This document shows, piece after piece, positions 1 through 13,400 of a stretch of 64,000 nt of DNA. The notes below the pieces were generated by a model. The model did not search any database, had not been told where the DNA came from, and worked only from the letters and a program-made list of their open reading frames with translations. Source of the stretch: Narcine bancroftii (Eukaryota); contig NC_091477.1 in assembly GCF_036971445.1 (NCBI RefSeq), positions 21,638,001-21,702,000 on the forward strand. Direction: 5' to 3'. The position numbers and the translations under genes were made by a program. How positions within the stretch are numbered: the first letter of the stretch is position 1; each line of letters opens with the position of its first letter.

Positions 1-119
1 TGCCAATGTGGGTCGTAGCAAGACAGAACACAACTTCTGACTGTTCATCCTTCCCTTCAAAGAATTCAACAATGCAAACAAAAGGGATCATTATCAAGGG
101 CGATGGAAACATTCTAATA

Positions 120-425
120 TTGTGATGCTCCATCTGTGAAAATCTGTTCAACTGCAAGAGATGCAACACATGGTTTTATCTCGCCTCGACCCGATCCTCT
201 CAGATGATGCAGTGGAGAAACCAAAAGTATACTAGGCAATCATTTTGTAGATCACCTTCACTCAGTCCACAAGAGCAAGTTAAACTATTTAACAGTTCCA
301 CTTAACTCACACTTTGACCCATTTGTGGCTTCCTGCACTTTTCTAATGAGGCCCAACTTGGGAGAAATAACAATCTTTTGTTTGGGTAGATTTTACAATC
401 TATCAAATTTAACAATTTTACATAA
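120..425 (+). mobile_element. Old Penelope-like GIY-YIG fragment
   Basis: ggagaaaccaaaagtatactaggcaatcattttgtagatcacctt encodes GETKSILGNHFVDHL, resembling the 28 kb element. Confidence 0.5.
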
Positions 426-3400
426 CTTCCCTACCTCTCCCATATTGTCTGAGAACTCACTGTAGATACTAGAGTCACAGTAAAAACTTGATCCTTTTAA
501 ACCTATATCCAACACCCCCACCCGTTTTTCTTCTCCATTGGAAACTCATTCTGGCCATCTTTCCTGCTCATAATTTTAGATCATCATTTTAATTCTCAGA
601 ATCTTTTACTTTTGGGAAAGCAGACTGAGCTGAAACAATCTCTCCTATAATTTATAATCCATATCATGAGAGCATATTTTTCACATTGTAATCAAGTAGC
701 CTACTGAACTTCATTGTGCAGGCGTACATGCAAATCAATGGCTTAATGAGGGAGAAAAAACAATATTTTGTGGAAAAAAAGGAAACATTTGGCACACAAA
801 AGATTTATTGTTTTCAATGTTAGTAGTGGTAAATTGTAACATAATATCTGTATTCCCAGAACAACCTGTAGGGACTTTTTTGTGCATTAAAATTGAAAAC
901 TTTCTCCATGTATGGCAATTGGCAAAATGACATTGGGGATAAAATACATGGTGTATGACAATTAACAATTCAGCTACAATTTGCGGAGTATGACGAGCAC
1001 TGCATTAAAATTGGCTAAAATTACAGAAACAAGTGGGATCAATACTGGCCAAGAAGCCATTATCTGTGCCCCATATTTCCGAGGTACCTCAAACTAAAAC
1101 CACAACGTTCATACAGAAAACACAGGTGTACCACACTGTACTCCAATATACATGTCACTACCCAAACTTTTCTAGAAAAATCAACGTGAAATAAAGCTAA
1201 GTCAGCATCAGAAAAATTTCAATCTAAAACTGCACCTACATATTGTTCAAATATGGTTTGAACCCATGGCGCTGACATGCAACTGTACTCCTACTCATTA
1301 ATTAAACTGAACTAAAAATGTCCAGGTGAAGTACAGAAACACTGACAAAAATTGTGCCGGAGCACAAACCACCTGACTTGAAACCTACAAAAGCAGGAGT
1401 AAAATCAGTTAGGAGGCTCCCTAAGATTACATTAACCATGAAATTTATTTTCTCCTGAATTTCAGGTTTAAACACAAAAGATGCTGCAAACATTTTCTAA
1501 GGATAATAAAATTATCACAATTCGACATTCATCCTCTCATTAATTATGCAATGTATCAACTGCATGTTGGACACTACATCCAAAAGTTGTTTCTATTAAT
1601 AGGAATAATATTTCAGAAATGGGAGTACAACTCCCTATCACACTCTGCAGTTTTAATTATGTAACAAAGTACACTTTTCTAACCCAAAAGGTTTGGTGAG
1701 AAAGTTTTGGATTTAATGAGTAGTTGCAAATACATAAAATTATGCACTTAATAAAATGATGGTCAATGAAATGAATACACATATTTTTCCATGGGAAGGG
1801 CCATTTATATCATCATGCTATGAAATACACCACTCATTTATGGCAAAAAGTTTAATTACCTTGGTTCAAAAAATTAACTATGGTGACTTGAGAATCAAGC
1901 TTCACAAATCACTTCTCACAGAAAATTAAGTTTGAAAAGGTCTAAACGTTGAAAGGAATAAACATGTATTTTAAAATCTCTTATGAGGGTATAAATATAA
2001 AATTCAAAGTAAATAGGTGCAACTTCAAAATTTTTGACCAGATTTTAACAACTTTATAACAAGATTTGAAATGAAAACAGAAAAACCCAACAGATCAGAG
2101 AGCATATTAATGGATTCTTACCCAGGCTGTTGCTCAAATGTTAGCTAAAATCTTGTTACTGTTAGGTCCTGTTGAGTATTTGCAGCATTTATTACCTCAA
2201 ATTATATCTTCTGCAATTGCATTTATATATTATTTTAAATTCTTATTAGTATCAGAATGGGCAAGAAACAAGAGATTTTGCGCAATAGGTTGAGTCTAAA
2301 TATTCGCATAAGGCAGGAACAAAGAAGGAACTTAAGAAGTGATTATCAACTGCTGAACTGGATTTGTCTCCACATCACAAAGATTGGTAAATGGCACATC
2401 ATTAATAATGAAGTACTTCCAAGTGCCAATAATAGCTACAACAAAAATGAATTTTAAAATTCCTTTTGGCTGCACACCACAGATATACAGACCCTAAGGA
2501 AATCGCCACAATTTTCTCCAATAGAAAATGGAAGGGTTAACAAACCAATGTTTTTTCTAAATACAACAAAATGGAAACAGTGCAGTAATTCAGGTAGTTT
2601 CCATACAGAGCTGTCTATAATTTTAAATGGTTTTTTTAAAGAATTAACAGCCTTTTTATGATCAAAGCTTCCAAAATTAGCCATTTTATAAAAGGCTGAA
2701 ACTCTAGTTGCCAATTCCAACGAATACTTTTGAAACCATACTTGATGGTTTTTAAATAGTTCAGAAAACTACAATATATAAACTACTTTTGCACGTAATA
2801 TATCACTTCACTCGAGTGTGATAAAATCAGTGCTATTGTCAGCTAAAACACATGGTGAAGCCATAGATGAAACCTAAAGGCAAATTAAAAATTGTTCATC
2901 TTGGGAGAATAGGGCAGTAGTGAGTGGTGGCAAAAGCATTTCAAAATAATCAACATATGTATTGCATTAAAGGGCAAAAAAAAGTCTGAAAATACAGTTT
3001 AAACAACCTAATTTAATTAAAATGCTCTGCAGTTGCATGCTTGTGAATTAATTTGAATGAGTTATTGACCAGAACGGTTAAGTAATTCTCTCTCCAAGAA
3101 GATACCGGACTTGAAAAATTTCAATTCTTTCTATTAATTAATTCATTATTTCTTACTACATTTTGTAATTATTTTCACACATTACAAACTGTGCAAGTAT
3201 TTCACCTCAAGTAATACTCAACATTTACAAGGAGAGCTTCTACTTACATTGACCTATTGTTTTAAAAACATTTCTCCAAGAGATATGCAGATGCAAAACT
3301 GGCAATTCCAACTTTGGTAAATTCAAATTGAATACAGCTGATTCTTCATGCACAATCTGTTTTGCAACAAATATACAAAAGCACTGGATACCCACCAATT

Positions 3401-3820
3401 ATAGCCTCTTTAAAAGCCTCCAGCCCAGAAATTTCCACTAGAAATGTCCTTAGTGTCAGCAAATCAAGTGGAAATGCTTGCCACCACAGAAGACTAACAG
3501 GATAATCAATACTACTTCTAGAAATGAAACTGACTGGCACAGAAATAAAGGGGATCTATTGATTACACAAACCAGTGAGTTCTTTCCTATCCCACATTCC
3601 TCCAAGCGAGTGCCCAACATGCAATCAACATGGAATTACTTTTTGGATGTTTACAATAGCCCAAGGAGTAAAAACCAGTTTACTGCACTTTTGCAGGCCT
3701 CAATAATATTAGGCCCAGGTTATTTATATAATTCAAAAAACAGGTGCACTGTAAATTAGTGCACTGATATCTATATTTATGCCCACCATTTTCTTATTCT
3801 AAATTACAACTTTTGTAGTT

Positions 3821-3826
3821 TTTATT
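3821..3826 (-). terminator. Candidate VDAC1 polyadenylation signal (AATAAA); alternatives at 3974-3979 and 3995-4000
   Basis: TTTATT on the plus strand, 390-560 nt downstream of the stop codon. Confidence 0.35.
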
Positions 3827-4386
3827 GGAGTCTTCAATAAGATTACACATACAAGGTAACATTAAATATGTTTCAATTCATGGCTGACAAACAGTAATTT
3901 CCAGAACATGGAAGACAACATTATTTTAAACTAGGAACACCATAAGAGATTTTTAAAAAGATGATCCACTAAATTTATTTTGTGTGTGTCTTTTTTTATT
4001 TTCTATTAAGCCCAACCATCACAAATACCAGCTGAAAACATCTCTCCACATTGCTATGCTGTATCAACTTTTCAGAAGGTGCAGGGATAAGGGACCACAA
4101 TTTCAACCAACAATAAGGGTTTTATGCTACATACAGCCAGTCTGTGAAGGAAAAATAGACATGTATGGGCGAATTGCAGATTTCTAATGGATACAATAAA
4201 TAGACATAATGACATATTTCAAAAATGCACTCTGTTCTTCAGAGGACCCTCCTGAAAGATGATTTGATTTTACAATATTGTTTGGACACATGGCTCACAA
4301 AAAAAAATAAACACCAGGATCCTCAGATTTCTACAGTGGAAAATATTTGTGAATTTACTGATTGTAGGCTCTTCCCATTTTTAGGT

Positions 4387-4478
4387 TTATGCTTCAAATT
4401 CAAATCCAAGGCCAAGTTTATGACCACCACCATTAATATTCTTTCCATCCAGCAGCGCTGACAGGCTTAATTTAATAC
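4387..4478 (-). CDS. VDAC1: VDAC1 last coding exon ([30 protein letters not shown])
   Basis: 92 nt ending in TAA; C-terminal beta-signal KLGLGFEF. Confidence 0.95.
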
Positions 4479-7400
4479 CTAAGAGAAAGAATAATCAGTC
4501 ACAAATACTAAGTCCATTTACCTCTCATTAAACTGTTATTACACGTTCATCCATACAAGTACATTCATAAAACTATTGATACAAGTTAGAACTTAGTTGA
4601 AGTTTACCCAAGTTAAATTCCTCCACTTAAACTTTAGTATTCCTGCATCCTTACAACATTTTAAAGTAATGACTCAAATCCTCAATTCACACATACAATG
4701 AATATAGAGTGTAAATCCAACCTCTAAGAATATACTGGATAAAGGGAATGTTATATATGGAGTCAAACTATTTGAAGTGTTGTGTTTGACTAATCCAGAA
4801 TTTTAAGTTTTGAAGAGATTAAATGAGCAATGAAATAACCTCAGCTGGTGCCTCACTAAACAGGGCATACAAATAAGTTCCAGATCTCAGAAATGTTGTT
4901 TGTGATAATGCCTCAAACAGACCAGAGACCTCGGACTCATTCCTCTTTTTCATTCTATTAGCGGAGTAGCAGAGGAAACAAACTGTATCAGAATCACTGC
5001 CACAGATATTTCATGCAACAGTCATTAATACAAACTGATCAATGGCAAATTTGTACAAGTTTGGGAAAACCTGACAAAGTTGAATATTTAATTACAAAAA
5101 CAATATCAATGAAGGATTGTCATAATTCTCTATTTATGCTATTCCCCCAAGAAGGGGAAAAATCATCACTTAGTGATAGCCGTAAAACATAGTCGATATA
5201 ATAAGTAAAATTAATATTGTGCCACAATACCCATTTAGATATTTTTATACAAGACTAAATTAGTTTAAGTCAAACAGCACTCACCTGGTTTTAGGATTTG
5301 AGAGTATCCAAGTCCAATAAGACTCGAATTGTTCACTTTAATCTGACAATGAAAGAATAAATTCTTTATTAAGCAGTTCTCCCCCCACAAAAAAAAATCA
5401 CATTAACTGTTAATGGTATATTATTGTTATGAGTGTGACATGCACTTTGGAATGCATGTATATCATGGTGCCCTTGCACAAAAAGACAATCCAAACAAAG
5501 AGAAAAAAAAAATATATATATATACTAACTGAGCATGTTGCATCATCATCAATCTTGTATTTTGCTGCAATTCCAAATCGAGTATTACTATTTCCAGCTG
5601 TCCAAGCGAGATTGATGCCAGTTTCAAGATTTTCATTGATTTTTTGATAAATGGAGCCACCAAATTCTGTACCATCATTTCTGTAGCAAGCAACAAGCAT
5701 GTTATTTTGAAGCACTGATTTTAGTTTTCATAAAATCAACGTTATAACCTAGGAACCAATATTTCTCCAATTGTATACTTGTATCAAAATTATTAACTAT
5801 TTTCAATTAATGTCATTTTTAAACCGTCTTATTGTCAGCTGCAAATTGATACAGCTTTGAATTCAAATCAAATGTTTTTGGGTTGAAGATCCACTCCAGA
5901 AACCCAAGCTACCAAGGCTAGCACAATGTGGCATTACTGAGGGAGGAGTGCAATTACACAGATGTTGTCTCTGAATGATGTTATAATTTGGTCTTTTTTT
6001 CCCATATATAATTCTTTTCTGTTTATTTGATTCTGTATCCCATTAATAGTAATACTAATAAAAATGCAATTTTCCAGCCATCGGATCACTTTACTAAATC
6101 TACTAACCATCCATTTTTCCACTCCCATCTCTCTCATTTTTAAAACACTAATATCATATTTTGTAATATTTTTGATATATTTAAGTATATCGAGAGTTAC
6201 AAGCCCAGAGGACCCCAAAACTCAGCAGCAATAGATATTCACCAAGACAAATGGTTACTTAAACAAAAGTTGTTTTTAATTATCTTTAAACATGAAAACA
6301 GGATCAAACTTTATCTTATCACTATTAACTTAACTAATTTAACTTAACCCCCTTCCAATTCTAAGTGCATGTGTATGTAATGTGTGTGTAAGTTTAGAAA
6401 AGTTCTTTGATTCACAGTCCAATCTCACTTCTTATTCCTCCAAGTCCAATTCTTATACTATGCACAAAATTTAACATTTATGAAGTTAACCAGACTTTGG
6501 TGCTTGTAAGGTAAATGGCTCAGGAAGGTTCTTGTCGATTTTCAGAGAGAGATTTGCTGTTCCTGGACACAAACTGATCCCTTTTAATCAGCCATGTCAG
6601 TGTCTTGCCGAAGAAACTTGCCCCATCAGGGTTTTCCAGATGATAACCTCTTTCTTTCAGGTCACCAAAAAAATTCCTTTTCGTTTCTCTTATTTCAAGT
6701 GAAACATTAGGCTGCCAGCCTTCTCAACTTGCATGAACCACAAGGGCCTTGACGAGGCAGAACTAAATGGAGTTTTTCCACAAGCTTTCCATCTTGTCCT
6801 GTTCCAGTCCCAGCTGCTACTGACTTGTAGCACTGAAAAACAGATCTCTCTCTGAGAAAAAGCTGTTCAACTCTCTCTGCTTGCAAAAACCACACGCCCT
6901 CTTCGAACAGCAAGCTTCACTCCGAGACAGCCTGCGGCTCTAAATTACTCCTCCAATCTCTTTCATCTGTTGCTTTTCAAAACAACAATCCATTGATGAA
7001 GTCTCTTGGCCACTCCCCAAAGTTTTTTTTCAAAGGCCCTCAGGAGCTGCCCTGTCTGGCTTGAGCAGGGCTCCAGTATTTTAAGTGAGATCTGTTTTGG
7101 TGTTTGTATGTGACCTACACTAAAAAAACTGCCCCAATTTATCTCCCAAAAACATATCTATATGCAATACAAACACAACATAATCTGTCACATGAGAAAA
7201 AAAAGAAAAACAGAAAAAGATAGAACCCCACCCCCCACCAAAGGCTTTCATTATTAATGATATTTCCATAAAACCCTGATCTATACGAGTTGTGGTCAAA
7301 ACCACACCAGTACTCATGCCTTCGTAGAAGTTAGTCTTCACTCCTAACTAACTCTCTTGAATTTCTGTACTGTCCTTGGTGTATTAGATCTATACAGTCT

Positions 7401-10400
7401 TTGCCAATTACAAATTTTTACTTATTTGTAGATCCTTTGGGTTAAAAACTTTCCTCCCTAATATTCTCTCTCTCAAATTATTTTTTTAATGTTTGCTCTT
7501 TCCCTCTCTATATTATCTGCTATAATCATTCTGTATTATCTCTCATTTCAAACATCACTCACTTCTTGTCTCGCTTTCTCAGGCAATGAATCTGCAAACA
7601 CCTTTGCCTCAATTGGGCTCCTTAAAAAATTTATTTTTCTCTTCTAAACAAAGACTTTCAATACTGATTGATACCCTACGACAGGGGTTCTCAATCTTTT
7701 TGTTCCTCTGTACCCCTTGGGCATTTTTATAGGTTCCCGTATACCCCTAAAAATTAAAGATAAAAAAAACACGACACTGTGCAATCTAACTGCAGATTAC
7801 AACACCATGTATTGTACAGTAGAGGTTCTTCTCTCAGAGCCAATGTACCCCAGGTTCGGAATCCCTGCCCTAGGACAAAAGCGTAACCTTTCTTCCATAA
7901 CACATTTTTAACAGCATTGTATTCTTTTTTTCAACAAATCAAAACTTATATAAGGGTAAAAGAAGATCTTATTTCCATTATAAATTAATGGTGATTGTCT
8001 TTCTTTCACTTGTTTCACTACCATTTCCTACATCTTTTCCCTCACTTCATAGAGAAGCAATTTGACCAATATCGGATGTGAATTTTGATCTGGTTGTGGC
8101 TTCGGTCGTAACACTCTGAGCTCTTTCAATTTCAATGTCTCCTTGAAATTCAGTGAGCCCCCCAAAGATTGCGGAATCCAACATCGCAAAAACTTCTTCA
8201 TTTCCTACCTTCATCACCTTCTTTGTCCAACAATTTTTATATTATTTGTGCTACTAAAATGTCAATTTTTTTAGTTAGTTGATCTTTTGTTGCAGCCGCT
8301 TCAGCTTGAATGTTTTCCATCTGTTCTTTAACATTTTGAATTACAAATTAATTTTCTTTAATTTTTTTGCTTCCACAACTTCAAATTTCTTATACACTTG
8401 CATCATTCTTTCCACTTTCTTTCTAAAATTCTTATTTTCAACTATACGCTCATTACATTTTTTTTAACTTCTACTGTTAATTGCACCAAAGATTGCTGAA
8501 AATTTTCCATGTATTTTTTCATATCAGCTGTAGATATAAAAGTCTCCTTCATTTTTTCTGACTTTTTAGCCATAGCTCCTTGCTCTTGATGTAATTCCTG
8601 TTCTTCTTGGTCTTCATCCTGATCACTGGAGCCTCTTTTTTTGTGCTCTGCTCATGTGTGACTCCTCACGCATGTACAAAGTCACTTCTTCTCCTGTGGC
8701 AGGTGGCCATTGTCGGGGGAAGATCTTATACACCAGCGTTCAAGGTCTCTCCAACTCCAGACTTTTCTCCATGGACTCTGACCTTCCAGATAGCTCCAGG
8801 ATCCTTCTTCAAGGTAGGCCTCTCTTGTTTATCCGTCTCTTTTTCTTGTTCAATTTCTTGTGAAATTACAGCTGCTTTGTCTTTCTTTGGTGACATCTTG
8901 TACTGTTTACTAGATCTTCTAACAACTTTTCCTTTTTTTTTACTACTTCAACCTTTATTAACTTTTTTTCAAACTTTTTCAGAGAGAGAACGGATTCACA
9001 CCCCCCACAAATAACCTGTTTTTTTTTAAAGGTGCCTTGATCAACATTCAATCCTCTAATCAGAGATTTTTAAATTCAAAAATAGACATACAGTATGGTA
9101 ATAGTCACCCAATTAACCTAAAACCCCCAGTATGTTTTGAACAGTGGGAAGAAACTGGAGCTCCCGGGGAAAACCCATGCAGACACAGGGAGAGTGTACA
9201 AACTCCTTACTGACAGAGCAGGATTTGAACCCCCGCCTCAAACATTGGTGCTGCAAGTGTTGCACTCACCTCTACGGTAACTGTGCTGCCCCACATTATC
9301 AAGCGCACAAACTGTTTGCCATTGTTTTTCCTACAGTGACAACTTCAAAAGTACTCTTTTGCTTTAGATTAGGGGTCTCAAAAGTGGTCGATATCAAACC
9401 CTGAGGATCAATGGACAATCCAGGGGGGTCAATAAATGCCATGGGGGGGGGGGGGGGGGGGGGGGGTTGGGGAAATTTTTTTTAATGAAAAATAAAAATC
9501 GATAAACGGCAGAGGGTGGGTTAGACTTAACTTTTGAAAATAGAGCCTATGGCAGGCATGACCAATCGCTCATGAGAGCTAGTCTTGGTGGCCTTCATGT
9601 TGTATTTGACCTTTTAATAAGTAGAGAGCAAAGGACTGATGGAGTTGGAGAAGAAAGAGTTATGTGCCAATTGCCCAACCCAACCATCAGGCGCTGCCAC
9701 CCCCCCCCACTCCCCCAGCCCCAGGGGTCAATGAGGATTCAACAATTCCATGACGGTCCAAAAGGTTCAGGGACCCCTGCTTCATACTCCAGAGAAAACA
9801 ACCAATAACCAAAAAAAACAAACTTGAAAACATGTCTGTGTTCAGTGAAGTAAAACACCACCCAGGCAAATGTTTTCTTGACAAATTGTTTCAATGACAA
9901 AATTACAAAGTACTAAAGGTTTGTTCAAAATATACATTCTTAATGGAAACACTTGGCAAGAAAAATTTCCCAATTCATAATTGTGTAACAATTAAATTAT
10001 GCCTCAAGTCTTATTTTACGGAGTCTAGAAGACCCCAAAAACCAGCCGGAATAAATTATCACCACAACACAGGGTTATTTAAAGAAAAGTAGTTTTAAAT
10101 TATATTTGAACAAGAAAACAGAATTAAACTTTTACTTATTACTTAACCTACCTAACCCCCCCTCTAATACTAAGTGTAGGTGAATGTAATGTATATTTAA
10201 GATTAGAAAAATTCTTTGGATCACAGTCCAATCTCACTGGTTGCAGGCAATTCTTGTACTGTGCCCAGAAGTTAGCATTAACAAAGTTCACCAGTCTTTG
10301 GTGCTTGACAGGCAAATGGTTACCACTCAGGAGGGTTCTTGCTGGTTTTCAGAGAAAGATTCCTTTTCCAGGACATCCGCAACTGATTCCTTCTCAATCA

Positions 10401-13400
10401 GTCTTGCTTACGAAACTTGCCCCCTTCAGGGTTCTCCAGAGGATCCTCTTTCTTTCAGGTCACCTTTCAGACCACCAGTCTTCTCCTTTGTCCAGTCAGC
10501 CTTCCAAAGTTTGCCAGCTTGTCCCTCTGGAATGGATTTCTGTGACTCTTTCTCACTCCCTCCCTCTCTGAGAGCAAAACTGTTCTGTCCCTGCCTACAA
10601 AAATCACATGCTCTCCCAGGCAAGCTGTACATCGATACTTCGTTGCTCCTCTGCAAAAAGCACTCTGCAAATGTCCTGCAAATCCTGTGCTTTAAAATGT
10701 TTGTGTGCAAGCTGCTCTAACAATTCCTCCCAAACCACCTCCAAATACTCTGTTACAATACCTCTAGTCTATTATAAATTATATCATTATATGTGTGTAG
10801 GGGAAACACACACAGAGAACAGAATACTTAGCACTTTTAATTGCATTGATTCAACATTTTTAAAACTTCAAAACAAGTTGCTCAGAAAAAGGTCCAGTCA
10901 ATTCAAATTATGTAATAAAATAATCAACACTTTAAACAACATCACACAATTGTACAGTTCTGTTGTATACTAGAGAAAGAATGTTGCAGCATTTAAAGGA
11001 AAGTAGAAAAAAATTCAACAGAATGTTGCTTAGAATAAGGGGCTTTACTTATAAAGCCCCTTATTCTAAGCAACATCTTGTTGAATCTCTCTTTTTAATG
11101 CTACATCTTTAAGAGAGTGCATAGGCTGGGTTTATTCTCGTTTCTTATTGAAGTTTATAAAATCATGAAGGGCATTAAGTAGATAGAGTCTTTCTCCATG
11201 TGCATGTCTATAACTAGAGGGCAGAGCATTAATATGAGACGTAGAAAGTTTATAGAATCTTTTAAGAGGGCAAAGTCTGGAATATGCTGTCTGAAGAAGT
11301 GGAGAATAGATATTTTCAGAATCTCTAAGCATCTAGTCAAGACTTGAATGGCCATGGTATTGGTCTATGGGCCAAATGCAGGGAAATGAGATTAATGTAG
11401 ATTGACACAACAGGCAGTATATACATTGAAGATTTGTTTCTGCGTTGTATGATTTTCAGATTAAGGACAACAACTCATAACAGTTATCCATTTTAATATA
11501 TCAAAAAGTGCATTTACAAGTATAATTGTTATTTCTAGAAATTATCCAAAATGTCCTTTCTTCGAAGACCATTCACAAACCAAAATTTTGATACTTATTT
11601 CTACAGAAACAAAAGATATGTGTACCTACACATTTGTATGGAGCTGAAAGTCATCTGTCCTGTATCCTACAGCAAAGTTGCTCTGAGATATTCTGGATTT
11701 TGCAGTTTCAAAGGTCATTTGATATCCTGCTAGCCATCCATCAAAACCAAACACAAAGGCACCACGTACAGCTGGACCAGCAATATCGAAGTCAACATCA
11801 ATTCCCAAATTCATGTGTTCCCTCTTGTAACCAGTCTTAATTTTACCGCTTTTCTTCCTATTTTGAAATATAGCCAAAAAAACACAAATTTATTCCATAT
11901 ATTGCTTCATGAATTACTTTTAAGTACACAAAATTAGAATGTACCTTTTCCATTCAAATTGTTACATCTATGGGAAAAAATAATTTTATATATTTAAACT
12001 TCCAACAAGCTGTGGGACTCACGGACAAGTTCCCACCCACCCTGTTTTAGAAAAGTGATTTTTTTTCCACCAATAATCTCAGGTTGCTTGTGGGAGTTTG
12101 AACTGCATGCTCCACAGTATCACTGCCACAACCAGAGAAGATACTCAGTACCAATTTACTCAATAAGGTAGTGTAAATGTTATAAAATGCAAGGTATTTT
12201 TAAAATTTAAACATACAGCACAATAACAGGCCATTTCGAACCATGGTCCATGCTGCCCAATTTACACCCAATTAACCTACAACCTCTGGTACGTTTCGAA
12301 CGGTGGGAGGAAACTACAGCTCCCAGGGAAAACCACGCAGACACAGGGAGAATGTACAAACTCCTTTTAGGCAGCGCAGGATTCAAACACCAATCCCGAT
12401 CATGGCGCTGTGAAGGCATTGCACTAACCACTACGCCAACTGTGCTGCCCTATAAATATAGAATGCTTACAGATACATGAAATTTATTTTAAATTGAAAA
12501 TAATATTTATAAATATTTTGTTCTTTATATTGACTTTTTTTTTAAACTCACCCTGTATTAGGTGCAAATGAAGAGTCAAATCCAATCTTCAGCCCCTTCA
12601 GAAGCTAAACAGAAAAAGTGTTTTGTACTTTAGTTTTAAAAAGCTTAATATTTGCCCTGATGCTTGTTTTTTAAAAAAGCATATTTACCTGATCTTCAAT
12701 AGTGATTTCAGTTCCTAAAATATTATCTGTATTCCATTTTTCTGTGAACGTCAGTCCATAATCCACCCACTTGTATTTTGTTTCCAAACTTCCAGAAACT
12801 TTGGAGGTATCCATGTTTGTCGACCCAGCACTTGTGAATTCCTACAACAGAAAACAAGTTACTTGGTAGGATAATTCCATTTATTAAATAATTAATATCT
12901 CAAAGCAATTATTTCTGTAAGCTGTTAGCATAGTGCTGTAACAGCACTAGCAACTGGGGTTCAAACCTGGGGCTGTCTGTAACAAATATGTACATTCTCC
13001 CCTTGTCTGTGTGGGTTTCCTCCCACCCTTCAAAACGTTTTGGGTTGTAGGCCAATTGGGCGGCACGGACTTGAGGGCCAAAAGGGCCTGCTCCCGTGCT
13101 ATATGTCTAAATTTAAAATTAGCATTTCTGATTAAATGTTAATCATTCACTTAGACAATAAACGATTGTAGTTTCTTCCTTACAGTTAAGCTTTCAACTA
13201 TTAATGCCAAAGATTTTAGGACAACTATGAAATGGAGAAAAGCTATATTTTACCTTCCCCAATCTTGAGCACTAAAGCCATCTGCAATGACCTTTCTGCA
13301 GTTCCAGAAAGCATCCACACAATTTAGCTGTTTGTGGCTTTCTTGGAAAATCCCAAAATGTTGATGCACGACTCATTGGGCATCCTCAAAATTCTTTTGA

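Noticed and set aside
9443-9466. Long G/C homopolymers (also near 18815, 21322, 21979, 22371, 54020, 59143)
   Set aside because: Simple homopolymers of unreliable length with no further structure.
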